DNA of 57,911 bases, counting the filler, from Jimgerdemannia flammicorona (Eukaryota): assembly GCA_003990765.1 (NCBI GenBank). It is 3 parts of 3 records of this genome, joined end to end, with 100 filler letters (N's around TTAATTAATTAA, not from the genome) between each part and the next. Parts side by side here need not be neighbours in the genome. Positions count along the whole stretch, not along the records: positions 19,340 to 38,575 come from RBNJ01001991.1; 2 more parts are not named here. One strand, given 5' to 3'. Below, piece by piece: positions 25,519 through 38,090 of this stretch. The stretch's first letter is position 1. Every line of letters starts with the position of its first letter. Under the pieces are notes generated by a model. The model had not been told where the DNA came from. It worked only from the letters and a program-made list of their open reading frames with translations, and searched no databases. Both the position numbers and the translations under genes were made by a program.

Positions 25519-28500
25519 TCTATACTAAGTACTATTATTCTTCTTAACTTAATAGATTTATCTCTGAGGCTATGAAGGTCATATTCTATATCTTTCTGTA
25601 AGCTTTGATTAGAGGTTTGGCCTTAGAATGTAGCAAGATATACTGGGTAATATTTTCACTGAGATTGAGTTATTCTTAGACTGAGGCTCTAGTAGACATG
25701 AACTCTCAGACTTTAAGATTAAGGTGTGGTCATCTGGCTCTAATGGAGGGATCTCAGAGATAATTGATTTTTATTTTTTCTATAGAATCTAGGGTCTCTA
25801 TGAAGCTGATGACATCTTCTATCTATCTTTGATGGGTTTTATATTTGATGAGGGCTAGGATATCATTTTCTAGATTATAGATCTTAAGAGTCTTCTTCTT
25901 TGATTTCTTAATTTAGTTTCTTCAAATATAAGCTCTATAATCTCCTTTCTTCAATATATGTATAGTAATATCTTTACTGAGATAAATCTTCTAATATAGA
26001 TAGTCTCATTAGTCTAGAGGTTTTCTATAATTACAATATCCTATTACTTAAAAATATAGTTCTCAGTTATTGACTTCTTACTGTCTTAGGAATCAGTATC
26101 CATTCTTATTATAAGTTGGAAGAAGGATAACTATTGGCTCAGAAGAAATAACTCTATTCATTGGCTCAGTTTTTTAACATTATATTTATTTCTTAAAAGT
26201 AATTATTTATATAATTATAATTAGAGATCCTGGTCTATAGTATCTCTAAATTTCTTACTTATCTATTAAGTAGCACTGATAGCAGTAGTCCTAGAGAGAG
26301 CAAAAGACCTTTTGATACTAGTATCTTTTTAGCTAAAAGACTCTTTCCTGATATATTTCTCATCTTAAGATAATGATAACTATGCTTAGTCCTTCTTCAG
26401 CATTCCAGGAGTCATTATCTTCTAGTAATATCTAATGGAGGTTATTCTAGAGGATAGATTTAGGGAGTTCCTCTGTTTGGGAACTTTTTGTTCAGAAGTT
26501 TCTTTATCAGATGTTTCTTGATCACAGATTGCTTATACTTCTGTAGCTTCAATTATAGATATCTTCAGAGAGTAGTTGGATTTCTTTTTTCTTTTTCTAT
26601 ATTCAGAGTAGGCTATATTAGAAAAATTTTATTTTAATAATTTGAAGAAATATTTAAAGTACTTATATAGAATATTCTGTGACTTGTTCTGCAATACCTC
26701 TGATTATGATAGCAATAGTATCTTTAGCCCATATATTATCTACTGGCCTATCATCTACTAGATTGATTTATGGATTAAGTCTGGAATCATTTCTATCTTC
26801 AGATTCTTCTTCTTTCTCTATCGTAAATTCTTCACTACTAGTATACTCTTCCTGAATAGTGACTTTTTACTTCTTCTTTGATTACTCATAGATAGTTACT
26901 TTAATTCTATACTTCTTTTCTCAATAGTCAAATTTGAGTACCTATTGATTAATATCAATAACTATATTTATTTCCTTCATCTAGTTGATACTAAGGATTA
27001 TATTATAAATGATAGCTTTAGTATCAATAGCTTTTGAAATAGAGAACTAAATGTGTCTAAGAGAGATAGTGATATTTTATACTTCTCTAAGAGGTTGAGT
27101 TTGGGTTCTATCTGCTACTATGATGCTGAGATTTGATGGTCTATCAATGGGCCACTAGAGGGTATCTAGAAATTACTTGGTAATGATACAGATAGCTACT
27201 CTTGTATCAATGGGAATTTTTACCTTCTATCCTTCAATATCTCTATATAAGTATATGTTGATATATCTTTCTATAGCCTAGATAGTAGTTGGTACTAATT
27301 CTTATTATGGGATTGAGATCCAGCTAGTGCTGGACCTAATAGTCCTCAATAGGTTATTTTAAACTCTAGCAGATATCAGTTGTAAGAAATACAGAAGAGA
27401 GACTTCAATCTTGGCTTCTTAAATCTTTTATAAGACTTTATTATAGATATTCTAAGATATGGTCTTTGGAGTATACTTCTTTTTGGGCTTTGAAACAATA
27501 GACTCTTATTCTCCTTACTCTATTTCTTCATTCTCTAATAGTAGTTTGTTAATTTCAGAGACAAATAGTAAAAGAGACTGGAGAGATATTTCAATCTGCT
27601 CTTCTTTATCTTCCTCATATTCTTGAATAATTCTTCTGCTAGTATTTCTGGATGATCTTCCTACTGATCTTTTCCTTTTCTTAGCTGAATAGACTGTTTT
27701 CTTAGTGATAATCTTGGTAGAGTATAGGTCTAGATTACTGTAGTCTTTGCTATTACTCTCTTATTCAAAATCTTTGACAGAGTAAGCTTCAGTCTTCTTG
27801 AACTGAGTTGCATTCTTTTAATTTAGTAGTTCTGAGTCTCTTTGATCACTTCTTCTATTATTATATTCTATAGTATAGTATCTGAACTGTCTATAGTAGA
27901 AGTATTAGACTTAGACTCTATCTCAGACTAAGTATCTTCTTTCTTCTTATAGCTGTTAGTTTTTGTTATTTCTGAATAGATATGTAGTCTTGATTCCTTC
28001 ATAGTATATATCCTTATTATCCTATAGATAGCTCTGATTTTTACATATTGTGAGTTTTTTAATTTGGTTAACCAATTAGTCTAACTTGGAGTTAAGGTCT
28101 TGGATTTCATTTTTCTCTTTTTTTTTTACTTCTTGACTGATTTCTCTTTTTCTAATTTATCATATTCTTGAAGAAGTCCTTATAGGATTTTAATCAAGAG
28201 ATCTTCCTTATTATCTTTTTTATCATAATTACTCCAGATAATTTCTTAACTGATATCAAAAAATCCTTAAGCTGTATCTATCTGTTCTTTAGGCTTTCAG
28301 ATATCTAGAATACAGATATACTAGGCAAGATTTGGAGGGATTCTATTTATGAAGATCATAATGTCTTGGTTGGTAGTATTGAATCTGACTATATATTCTT
28401 TTCTAAATTCTAGTGAGGAATGCTTGAGTAATTCTCTAATATTTATCTTTATTCTTATTATAGATTCTTGAGTCTTATGATAGATTTCATTTCTTATATA

Positions 28501-29365
28501 TTTTTTAATAAACCAGTAAGTCATAACTCTATATTCTTTTTCTCAAGATAATGTTATATAGATGGCTGCTCTCTGGTCTAAATATACATTACTTACTACT
28601 TAGTTGAAAATAGCTTAGCTGGTTCTCTGAGTTGGGCTTTAAAGAAGTGACTTTTCTCTAGATAAAGAAATTCTTTAGAGTTGTATTTCTTTAATTCTAT
28701 CAAGAAATTCTCTGGGTCTTCTTCTAGATATCTTATAAAGATTGACATTGAGGTGACTATTTCATTATTACTATCTTCTGGTTCTGATTCTGATTCTGAT
28801 TCTGATTCTGATTCTGATTTACTTTCTGAGTTATTACTAGAGCTTAAGATACTTGGATATCCTGAAGATAGTGTTATTGATATTGAATAAGGTACAGTAG
28901 ATCTGAATATCCTTAAAGGAACAATTTTTAATTCTTTTGATTCTGTAATTACTGATCCTAGTAGTAGTTTAATGGGGGAGACTGGTAGAACTTCTGAGAG
29001 AAACTGAGATTATATAATAAAATATTCTAATTCTTATACAAGCTTATTGAAGTTTCAGGTAAGGTCCTTTGTATTGTCAGATTGATCTAGTTGATCTGAT
29101 TGATCTGATTAAATCAGGTCTTCTGATGATAAGTCTGATTGAGGATTCTATGCTATATTGACTTCTGGTTGAGATTCTTCTAATACTAAATAATTGGCAA
29201 GTCTTGAGATAATTACTTCTTTTTCTGTCTAAATACTAGTGATAATTCATTCTTTTATAGTAGTAAAGATTAGTGTTATATCAAATATATCTAGTTTGGT
29301 TATTGAGTTATTATAAGCAAAAAAGTTATATAGATTAAAAAAATCTTTCCTATTGAGCTCTCAAA

Positions 29366-30403
29366 TAGAATATATAGTTCTATGGAGACAAATTATAAGA
29401 TTGAGACTACTAATTAATTTGGCTTAAGTCTCTAGTAACTTTGTCAAAAGTAACAAAATATTAAATAATTTCTCTGTTTTATATAATAAGAATGATTTTG
29501 GCAGATTTCTTAATTAGATACCATTTTTGAAGTTTTGTATAATATAGATAATTTGTGAATTTCCTTATTAAAAGAGATGGTAGTAATTTCTGTATAGTGT
29601 GAGTGATTTCCTTCTTGACTTCAGTGTGATGATTGTGGCAATTATAATATAGATGATCTGGCAGTCTTTCTTATTAGACAGAAATTCAGATGATGCAGAT
29701 TTTTGAACAAAATAACAGATGGTACAGATTCTTTCTAAATCAGCAAATTACTTAAAAATGGTAGACTTCTCTTCTTAGCTAATAAAGTTTTGTTAAAGAC
29801 TACAATTTATACAAATGAATTCACCACAAAGATATATCAGATAGACTGGGTGGTAAAATAGCAGACTTCTTGAAAATAATATAGATTTCTCTTAAATGAT
29901 AGTAAAGTTCTTCACTCAAACTTAGCAGCAAATCCAGGCTTTGTTTTGGACAGTAGACTAGAGTGAAAAATAGCTCACAGTAGCTTATTAGCAGATTTCT
30001 CCTCCTAAGTATATCAGATAATTGGCTTTTGCTTTGATTATTGAACTGAGAATTATTCACTCTTATCTCTGGAGTATTTTATATAGTTGTAGTTGCTATC
30101 TGATTTCTATATAGCTAACTATAGAATGTGTAGTAATGCTATTTTGGAAAGAGGGGTGACCAGGTATGTCTGATAGACACAGTTATATCTGATGGGCACA
30201 GGTGTGTCTGATGGGCACAGGTATGTCTGATGGGCACAGGTATGTCTGATGGGTACAGATGTGTCCTTAGGATATGATCAACAAACCTGATTTAGTACCT
30301 TGCTAATTATAAGTAGTGGTGCATGTGGGTAACTAGGTATGAGTAACTATACGATGCTGAGTATTCATGTCATCTGGCTATACTATGTTATTTGCTTGTC
30401 ACA
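29366..30403 (-). repeat. 5' LTR of the gypsy element (contains 19-bp CTGATGGGCACAGGTATGT tandem repeats at ~30160-30265)
   Basis: Direct repeat of 20633-21675, ending TGTCACA. Confidence 0.85.
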
Positions 30404-30888
30404 ATATATATATATTTGTTTGCACATTAGAAATTATTGCCCTTGAGTTTAGATTTCTAAATCCACGTGGTAAATTGTGGCACTGCGTATACAGGAAATT
30501 GTGTCGCTGGAGTGAAAACAATCGTGGCAACGAAGTGCTTGAAATTACGGCCCTAGAGTGAAAGCAATCGTGGTACTTGCATATAGCACTCAAGAAATCG
30601 CACAAAAAGTTTAAGTACAAAAAATCGTGTACGACCTTGTGCATGCGGACCTTGATCTTGTCGACCTTTTCAATCTGCTTAGTTAGCTATCTACAGGCTA
30701 TCAATTACGTTTGCTAACCTAAACCAATGCTCAGCCCCACTTACAGTCCTACGGACGGCGTTGAAAATTTTTATCTCAATAATAACATTGTACTAAATTA
30801 TAAAATAATTCTCGAGAACACAGCTTTTCTCTTAAAACAGGATAATTGAAATACTTTAGTTCGACAAAGGGAATTCGTAGATTGAGAT

Positions 30889-31371
30889 CTAGGATCGCTT
30901 TTCTGTAACGTCAACCCAGCAAAGCCTGTCAAGGCGAGTACAACGAGTGCAGGGTGCCCCTCGACAGCGTTTTTTATTCCATTTACATTCAGCGCACACC
31001 TCCCCCGGAGGAGTTCGCTTCGTACGATTGATGGTAGGGTGAAGGGGACATCGTCTCTTCCTCTTCGAGCAGTCCGGACAGCTCTTATACGGAATATACC
31101 TGGGGATGAGTGTGATTGCGGTGGAAGTTCCTATGATGACATTCGCTGAAGTGAGAGATGGCGGACTAGGAGCGAGACTTTGAGAAATAAGTCCCGGCTT
31201 TTGCGTTGCTTGTTTCATTGCAGCGGCCTTTGAGAAGTTGCTGTCATGGAACTTTGACTTGAGATGGACTTGAATGGCGCCTATATGGCGAAATAATGTT
31301 GGGCACATCGGAGAGGGGCAGAGGATATAAATGTGGAGGTGTGCAAAATTAGCTGAGGTCGAAGTTGTTGT
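30889..31371 (-). CDS. Small zinc-finger protein: C2H2 finger + CxxC-x6-CxxH + Zn(II)2Cys6-like cluster (5' end unresolved)
   Basis: The open frame reads CPSPMCPTLFRHIGAIQVHLKSKFH ... CPDCSKRKRRCPLH ... CAECKWNKKRCRGAPCTRCTRLDRLC. CpG intact. Confidence 0.65.
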   Translation of the reverse strand, partial: TTTSTSANFAHLHIYILCPSPMCPTLFRHIGAIQVHLKSKFHDSNFSKAAAMKQATQKPGLISQSLAPSPPSLTSANVIIGTSTAITLIPRYIPYKSCPDCSKRKRRCPLHPTINRTKRTPPGEVCAECKWNKKRCRGAPCTRCTRLDRLCWVDVTEKRS

Positions 31372-33304
31372 CTAGAGTCCTGGGATATTCGTTGTTGTCC
31401 GCCATATGATATGAGAATATTCCACCACCTTTATATGTGGAAAAATAAAATAAAAATTAATAAATAAAGTAAGAATCCGGCACAAAATAATGTCGCACAT
31501 GGAGGGACCGCGTGTGAGTTCAACTGAACCACCGCAAGTTTAGCAACAATCCCATTCGCCGTTGTTGGATTAATGTTTTGACTACCAAAGAATTGGGGCG
31601 AGTAAACAAAATAAACGGAGTCGAATTTTACTTCGGAATGCTCCGATGAAAGTAGGAAGGTTTAATAATTTCCGGGGGCGTGGTCAGGATCGAGGAATAT
31701 AGTAACAACTTGTGGATTTGCAACGAACAGTCTCCAAAGTTGAAGAGCGAAGTCAACGTTGACCACATGGCTAGCTTCTTTGTCAATTAATATGTTGAAG
31801 GTGCGTGCTCAGTGTAAGGAAGTGTGCCTGAATACGAACTGACAAGATCTTGTAATGAGTGATCCGGATAGAATAGGCTCAATTTGTCGAAAATCCGCTG
31901 CACGTTCACGATTTCTTTGATGACTTGGCTTTGGTTCATGGGTAACTGGAAACTTTGATGGAGTCGCTGTCTGAAAGGGAGCGGGATCTGAAAGAGATTA
32001 TTCGGCGCAGCGGGTGACGTAGTATTGCATAATCGCTTCCGCAATTTCACCATCCGCGTCATGGGTCATCACCATTTCCTAAGCTTCTCACGCGTTATCT
32101 TCTGGTATCTGGATGCAGTAGCGACCGCCTCAGATGCTGTCTCCTTGTCGAACCCGAGTTCCCTGGTAGGCAGGTAATGAACATCCACACGAACACAATC
32201 TGGGTCCCACTTGTCGATTGGATGGGAGAAGGAAAATATAAAAATGAGAGTGGCGATTTGTTTTCCATCGCGGCGCCTGCACCTGCGCACCTGAACCAGA
32301 ACCCGAATCTGAACTTATGTATTGGCGCTTGGCGTTGGCTTACGTTAGCAAATTAATATACGGAATGCGAAGCTGAGGATTGCAAAAGCTGGACACGCTA
32401 CCACTTGCATAGTTGAAAATGTACCTCAGAATGAGTTCACGTAAAACTTGTGTGCACACAAGAAATCATGGCCTTTAAGTGTGGCCATAGAGAGAAAAGA
32501 GTCCATACAGCACACATGAAATCGCGGTCATTGAGTGCAAGAAATTGCACAAGAATCGTGACCTCAGAGTGAAAGACATCGTGACCCTTAAACTTGTACG
32601 GCCTACAGCACATGTCTCTTAAATGAAAAAGAAGAGACAATAAATCGCTGGCTTTCACAAAAGCAAAAACAAAAACAAAAACAAAAAACAAAAACAACTG
32701 TGCAAAAGTTCCGTTCTCCAGTAAGACGAAGATCTCAACTCCAGCACGCCCGATTTATTTCGTACGACATACTGGTTATGTAGAGTATGCAAGGTTAAGA
32801 TTCTGTAATAGTTATTTTCATTCAACGGGAAAAAGTATCGCAGGTTACAAAATGTGTTCATGGGAGAAAGTGGGTATTGACACCTGTAGCTCTACTTTCT
32901 ACAATATAAGAATAAAGTAGTATTCTTATTACAGAAATCTCAAATCTGACTTATTAATGATTCCAAGTCTGATTAACTTAGGATATATATATAATCTCAG
33001 TCTCTTCTAAAGCAAGAACCTGAAAGTGATACTTAGACTCTACTATATTAGACAATTTAGAACTAAGCACTTTCTCAAGAACTTAGAACTCAGAGCTGAT
33101 AGTTATTATTAATTACCTATAATATAGTAATTCTATTGATATATAGTTTTATTATACTCACTTAGTAATAGTAATTTGAGTATAAGTAATCTAGTATTTA
33201 GCAATCTATTTTTCATTAATTATATCTAGTTTTTGATTAAGTAGCTATTTTAATTTGAAATACTCTTAGAACTCAGTATAATGACAACTCTTTCTCTAGT
33301 AATA

Positions 33305-36300
33305 CAGGTTACACAAACTTCTAACAACTCTCAAGATATCATTTTTGAACAAAAGGTACTAGCAATATGGTAACCAATGAGCATTCTGAGATATATACTG
33401 GGTAGGGTGACTCTAGCACATTTAGCTGATAGTATGTAGAGAGGAGTTATGTCTTGGGGGGAAGTATGAGGGGCTTGCTGGCTGGGGGATATAGGAGGGG
33501 AGGAGGCAGTATGAGGAAACAGAGGACTGGGAGGGTGAGTTTTACAAATAAGATAAAGGGAGAGAGGCAGTATGGAGAGACAGGGGACTGGGAGGGAGAG
33601 CTTCACAGATAAAGTGAAGGAAAGTTATCTGACAACTGGACTGGAGGGCTGGCTAAAGAAGGATAAGGAGATAGTGAGGACTACAAGGGCTGATAGAGTG
33701 GTCTATAGTAGGAAGGGCAGTAGGGCTGAAGAACTGCTGATGGTAAGAGGACTACTAATCTGGAAAAAAAAATCCAGATATGATAGCTAATGGTGGATCT
33801 GGACAGGGGGTGGGAATGAGGTCTGGAGATCTGGTGGATGGTGTAATGGATCTGGTGGATGGTGTAATGGATCTGGTGGCAATACTATTACTCAAGAAAT
33901 CAAGATCAGAGTTTGCTATTATACTGTATTTCTGTGGCTTAGCAGTAACTGTGAGAATGATTCTAGGGCTTCTGGCCCAGAAGATAAAGGGAGCTACCTC
34001 AGTGAAGTTTTTGAAAGAGCTGGAAGAAGTGGAGGTAGGATTCAAGAGAGCAGAGGTGCTGTTGGAGGCAATAGAGAAGAGAGTAGTAGAAAGGGGGGTA
34101 GTGATTTCTATGGTCAGGTACTTATGCTGGGACCCCTAAGTAGTACAGTTGACAGTAATGGATATTCCTATAGTATTGAGAGAGATGGCCAGAGGGCTGA
34201 TTGTAGAGGCTATCAAGGAGTATGGAGACATTGTAAATATAGGTTTTCAGATCTGAGAAGGTATAGTATTCAGGATAAGAGATGTGGACATCAGGGTATG
34301 ACTGGTAGGTAAGGAGAATATAGAGAGGACATGGGACTGGCTGGTAGTACTCAAATGAGAACCAGTAGAGTATAAGATCTCAAGAGTAAAAGGGATACAG
34401 GAGAAAAAAGAGGACCTACTGGAGGTATTAGAAGATTTGGCTAGAGCTATTGAAAGGAGGAGACTGGTCTGAAAGAAGTTTGGGACCAAGATAGTAGTGG
34501 AGATTATGAATAGCAAGAAGATATAGCTGGATCAGGCAGTCTGAGCACAGGTATAGAGGAGATGTATTCAGAAGAATCTATTGGCAAAGCTGAGAGAGGG
34601 GGCAGCAGGGGAACTATTGCTGAAGATGCTGAATCACTAGCAAGTGCCTTGGCAGGAGAGACAGAGGTGGCTCCAGAGGGGACCCAGAGAGAGAGAGATG
34701 GCCCTGGATTGAGTGTAGTCATGGAGGATGCAGAGATGGTAAAGGGGAAGTATCCTCAGTATAGAGTGCTGGCAGAGCTACTGGTGAAGATAAACTGTAG
34801 GATGTACTGGAGGAGGATTGGAATGAGTTGAGAATAGGAAATGTAGAGAAAGGGCAGATAGAGATGGTGCAGAGGGTGGTCCAGAGAGTTGAGGAGGTAG
34901 TGAATGAGGAGAGATAGCTGTGCAAAATGCTTAAGAATATGGTAGCTAAGGAGCTGGGGGGAGAGGACTTTTGGGTTCTAAGTGAGAGGCACTAGGATGA
35001 TATTCTATATAGCAAAGAGGTGCTGAGGAAAATCAGAGATAAGATAATAATAGTCTTACTAAAGGCTGAGGTTTATCAAGTAGATGATGACAGAGAGTCA
35101 GTACTTAGGACAATTACTGCTTATATGTGGGATCCAAAGAAGGGGCTGAAAAAGTGGTGGGTGGTTTGTGAGGAGTATCAGGCAGAGATGGAGACTGTGG
35201 ATAGTGTGGATTATCAGGAGATCTTAATAGCACTGGATGCTCAGCAGGGAGAGGCAGATAAGCTTGAGGCAGAGAGAAACTTGGATTGTATAGGTGATGA
35301 GATGAGTATGGAATTGTAGAGTTAGTATTTCTTCTCAAAAAACATTATTTAATATGAACAGTATAACTAGAATCTTCTCTTTGAATATTAATAGACTGAG
35401 GGGTATAATGAGATGTCAGAATATCTTTAGTTGATTGAAAGGACTGGATGTAGATCTTTTTTTATTACAGAATATAAGTGGACTTGGACTTACTAGATTG
35501 GATAAGAGAATGGGGAGATGTAGTAGTATAGCAGGGTTGGGTGGGCTTTCTGGTTAGGAAAGGGGAAGGAGATATTAGGGACATTAGACATTGGGAGAGC
35601 AGACTAGTGTGGGGAGTGTGGAGGAGGCCAGGCTGGACCCCCTGACTGTTGGGTCATGCTACTGCCCTGCAGAAAGGAGGGAATAGATAGATTGGATCAG
35701 AGGATTGTGAGAGACCAGTATTTTGGCAGCTGTGGATATTGACTGTTTGGGAGGTGACTTTAATATGATATATAATAGTAGGCTAGACAGAACCAATGGA
35801 GAGAGGAGTATAGTGGATAGGAGTGGAGTGATGGAAGATTGGGAGAAGATTGAGAGACTGAGTTCTTTAGTGGATGCCAGGCAACTTTGGTGGGAAGATC
35901 ATCAGATCTATACTCACTGGATAGCAAGGCTGAGATTGAGAATAGATAGCTGAGTGCTGGAGTGCAGATAGTGCTCTAAATGAGTCAATCCAGATGAGAT
36001 TTGAATTCCATCCAGATCAACTCAGATGGGATTCAAATCCCATCTGGATAGATTCAAATCAACCATTGTTTTGATTTCCAAATTAGACAATTAAATGTTT
36101 ACATCAATAACTCAATAAATAATCATCCAAATTTGATGATCTTGGTGTCATTTGAAAGCCCTTACTAAGGTCTTTCTAATGATATCAGGAATATTAAAAT
36201 CAGATTATTCAGTGCCAAGATATTAAGGAAAACATTCTATTTGATAAAATTTTCAAATTGGCATATTGAATAATTTCCAAAATCAGTAATTCAAACATTT

Positions 36301-38090
36301 CTCTTCATAACTCAGCAAAGCATAATCCTATTTCAATATTCTTGATATCATTAGATAGGCCTTATTAAGGGCTTTCAAATGATACTAAGATTATCATATA
36401 TGGATGATTATTCATCAAATATTGATATAAATATTTAATTGTTTAATTTGGAAATCAAAACAATGGTTGATTCAAATCCATCCAGATGGGATTTGAATCT
36501 CATCTGAGTTGGTCTGGATGGGATTCAATCCAAATCAATCCAAATCCAATCTAGATTAAATTGACTCATTAGGAGTACTAGATGCAGATGTCTGGAGTGA
36601 GATTGTGACACTGGTCAGACCACTGTGGCTTACTGGGGAGAGGGAGGTTTGGGGGTAGTGGAGATGGGTCTGGACATTGATATCTGAATATCTCACTACT
36701 GGGAGATAGTATCTTATAGGATGAATAAGTGGTAGAGATTTGTACTAGGATTGTTAGCTAGAGGGCACAGGGGTTGGAGATTGGGAATCATTAGTAGTGA
36801 TTGAAATCTGATGCTCAGAAGTACTGGGGTGAGACTGGGAGAGAGAGAGGAGCTCAGCAGAAGTGGCATATTAGGTGGGCTTCACTGAGGTTGGAGAAAC
36901 TGCTAGAGAGATAGGTGGGGTCTTTGGCAGACTATAAGAAAGGAGACTGGAGGATTCAAAGGATTCAGTAGGAGGTAGCCAAACTGAAGGAGCTGCTTAG
37001 ACAGGAGGAGGCATTGTAGGTAAAGAGGTTAGTGGCTTGGCAAAGATGGCAGAGTTTGGAGGAGAGGGAGAGGTCTACTAAATTTCTATCAAGGCTGTTA
37101 CAGATAAGGAGGATGAGGTAGCAGTGGGAAGAAGTATTGGATGAGGCAGAGAATATGGTGACTGAGATATTAGAGATCTTGGGCCTACTGTAGTCTTACT
37201 GAGGGCAGCTGTGGAGTGAGGAGGAGAGTAGTGAAGATGCTTTAAGTATTGAACAGTAGTTAGAAGATTGGCACTCAGACCTAGCTACAGACCTGAGTTA
37301 ACTTAAAGTCCTGATGAAAGGAGAGAAGATGTATTAGGTCTTAGCAATAATAAGTATAGGGACAGCTCTTGAAGAGGATGGGTTATCTTGAAATTTTTGG
37401 AAGAAGATGGCTGGAGTTGAGATTGTACTGGAGGAGATAGTGTAAATGTATAATGAAGTCATTAGCTTAGAGACCTGGATTAAGAGTCAGTACCTGGGGC
37501 TTATAGCTCTATTGTATAAGAACAAGAAGAGATGAGAGGACTGAAAGAACTGGAGGCTGATAATACTTCTGGATATAGATTACAAGTTGGTGATAAAGAT
37601 TGTGGTGGCCAGGCTGTAAGAAATAGCTCAGCAGATACTTGAGGCTGAACAGAGGGGCTTTTTCAGTAGTTGTTTGATTTGAATAGGACAGTGTAGGTTC
37701 ATAGTATTATTGAGAGAGCTTGAGCAACTAGTATTAATAGTCAACTAGTATTTCTGGATCAAGAGAAAGCTTATGATAGAGTTTGGTATATATGGCTGGA
37801 GAGGGTATTGAAATAAATAGGAGTCCCACTGAGGTTTAGGAGATCATTGATTGATCTTTTGGAGGAGAGTCAGGCAGCTATTACAGCAGGGGAGAGTCCT
37901 CTCCCCTGGGTAGAAGAGTGCCACAAGAAGATCCATTGTTGCTGATTCTCTATACCCTCTCATTGGAGCTCTTGTTGGATAAGATATAGTATAGAGTTGG
38001 GGGTTTGGACATTTTGGAAGTGAACTGAAATATTAGAGCCTTTACTGATGATATAGTGGTTAGGCTGGACTCTATGGAGAATGTGGCAGT
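33305..38090 (+). mobile_element. Degenerate L1/Tx1-type LINE, copy B (interrupted by a MITE, ends within RT)
   Basis: Colinear with copy A. Relics: SFTDKVK, RIFSLNxN (~35370), CLGGDFN (~35750), KNWRLIILLDIDYKL (~37545), FLDQEKAYDRV (~37752), FTDD (~38041). Confidence 0.85.
35969..36580. mobile_element. 612-bp fold-back hAT-type MITE
   Basis: TAGTGCTCTAAATGAGTCAA...TTGACTCATTAGGAGTACTA with ~250-bp inverted arms. The 8-bp TSD copies AGTGCAGA and GATGCAGA are each one G>A away from GGTGCAGA. Confidence 0.85.

Larger units (their letters stand above)
20633..30403 (-). mobile_element. Full-length degenerate Ty3/gypsy LTR retrotransposon (gag-PR-dUTPase-RT-RH-INT), TSD ATAT
   Basis: Two ~1.04-kb LTRs with TG..CA ends and ATAT at 20629-20632 and 30404-30407. 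Relics: gag (~28750, EEDPENFL), protease IDTxxA (~27200), RT DYRKLN..IDDLL..YIDD (23900-24400), RNase H, integrase YLTKWPEA (~22930). A possible decayed tRNA-Pro-type PBS lies at ~29350-29365. Confidence 0.9.

Noticed and set aside
31787..32290. Two short minus-strand ORFs in CpG-intact DNA
   Set aside because: No recognisable domain and no consistent splice model. A small gene or pseudogene cannot be excluded.
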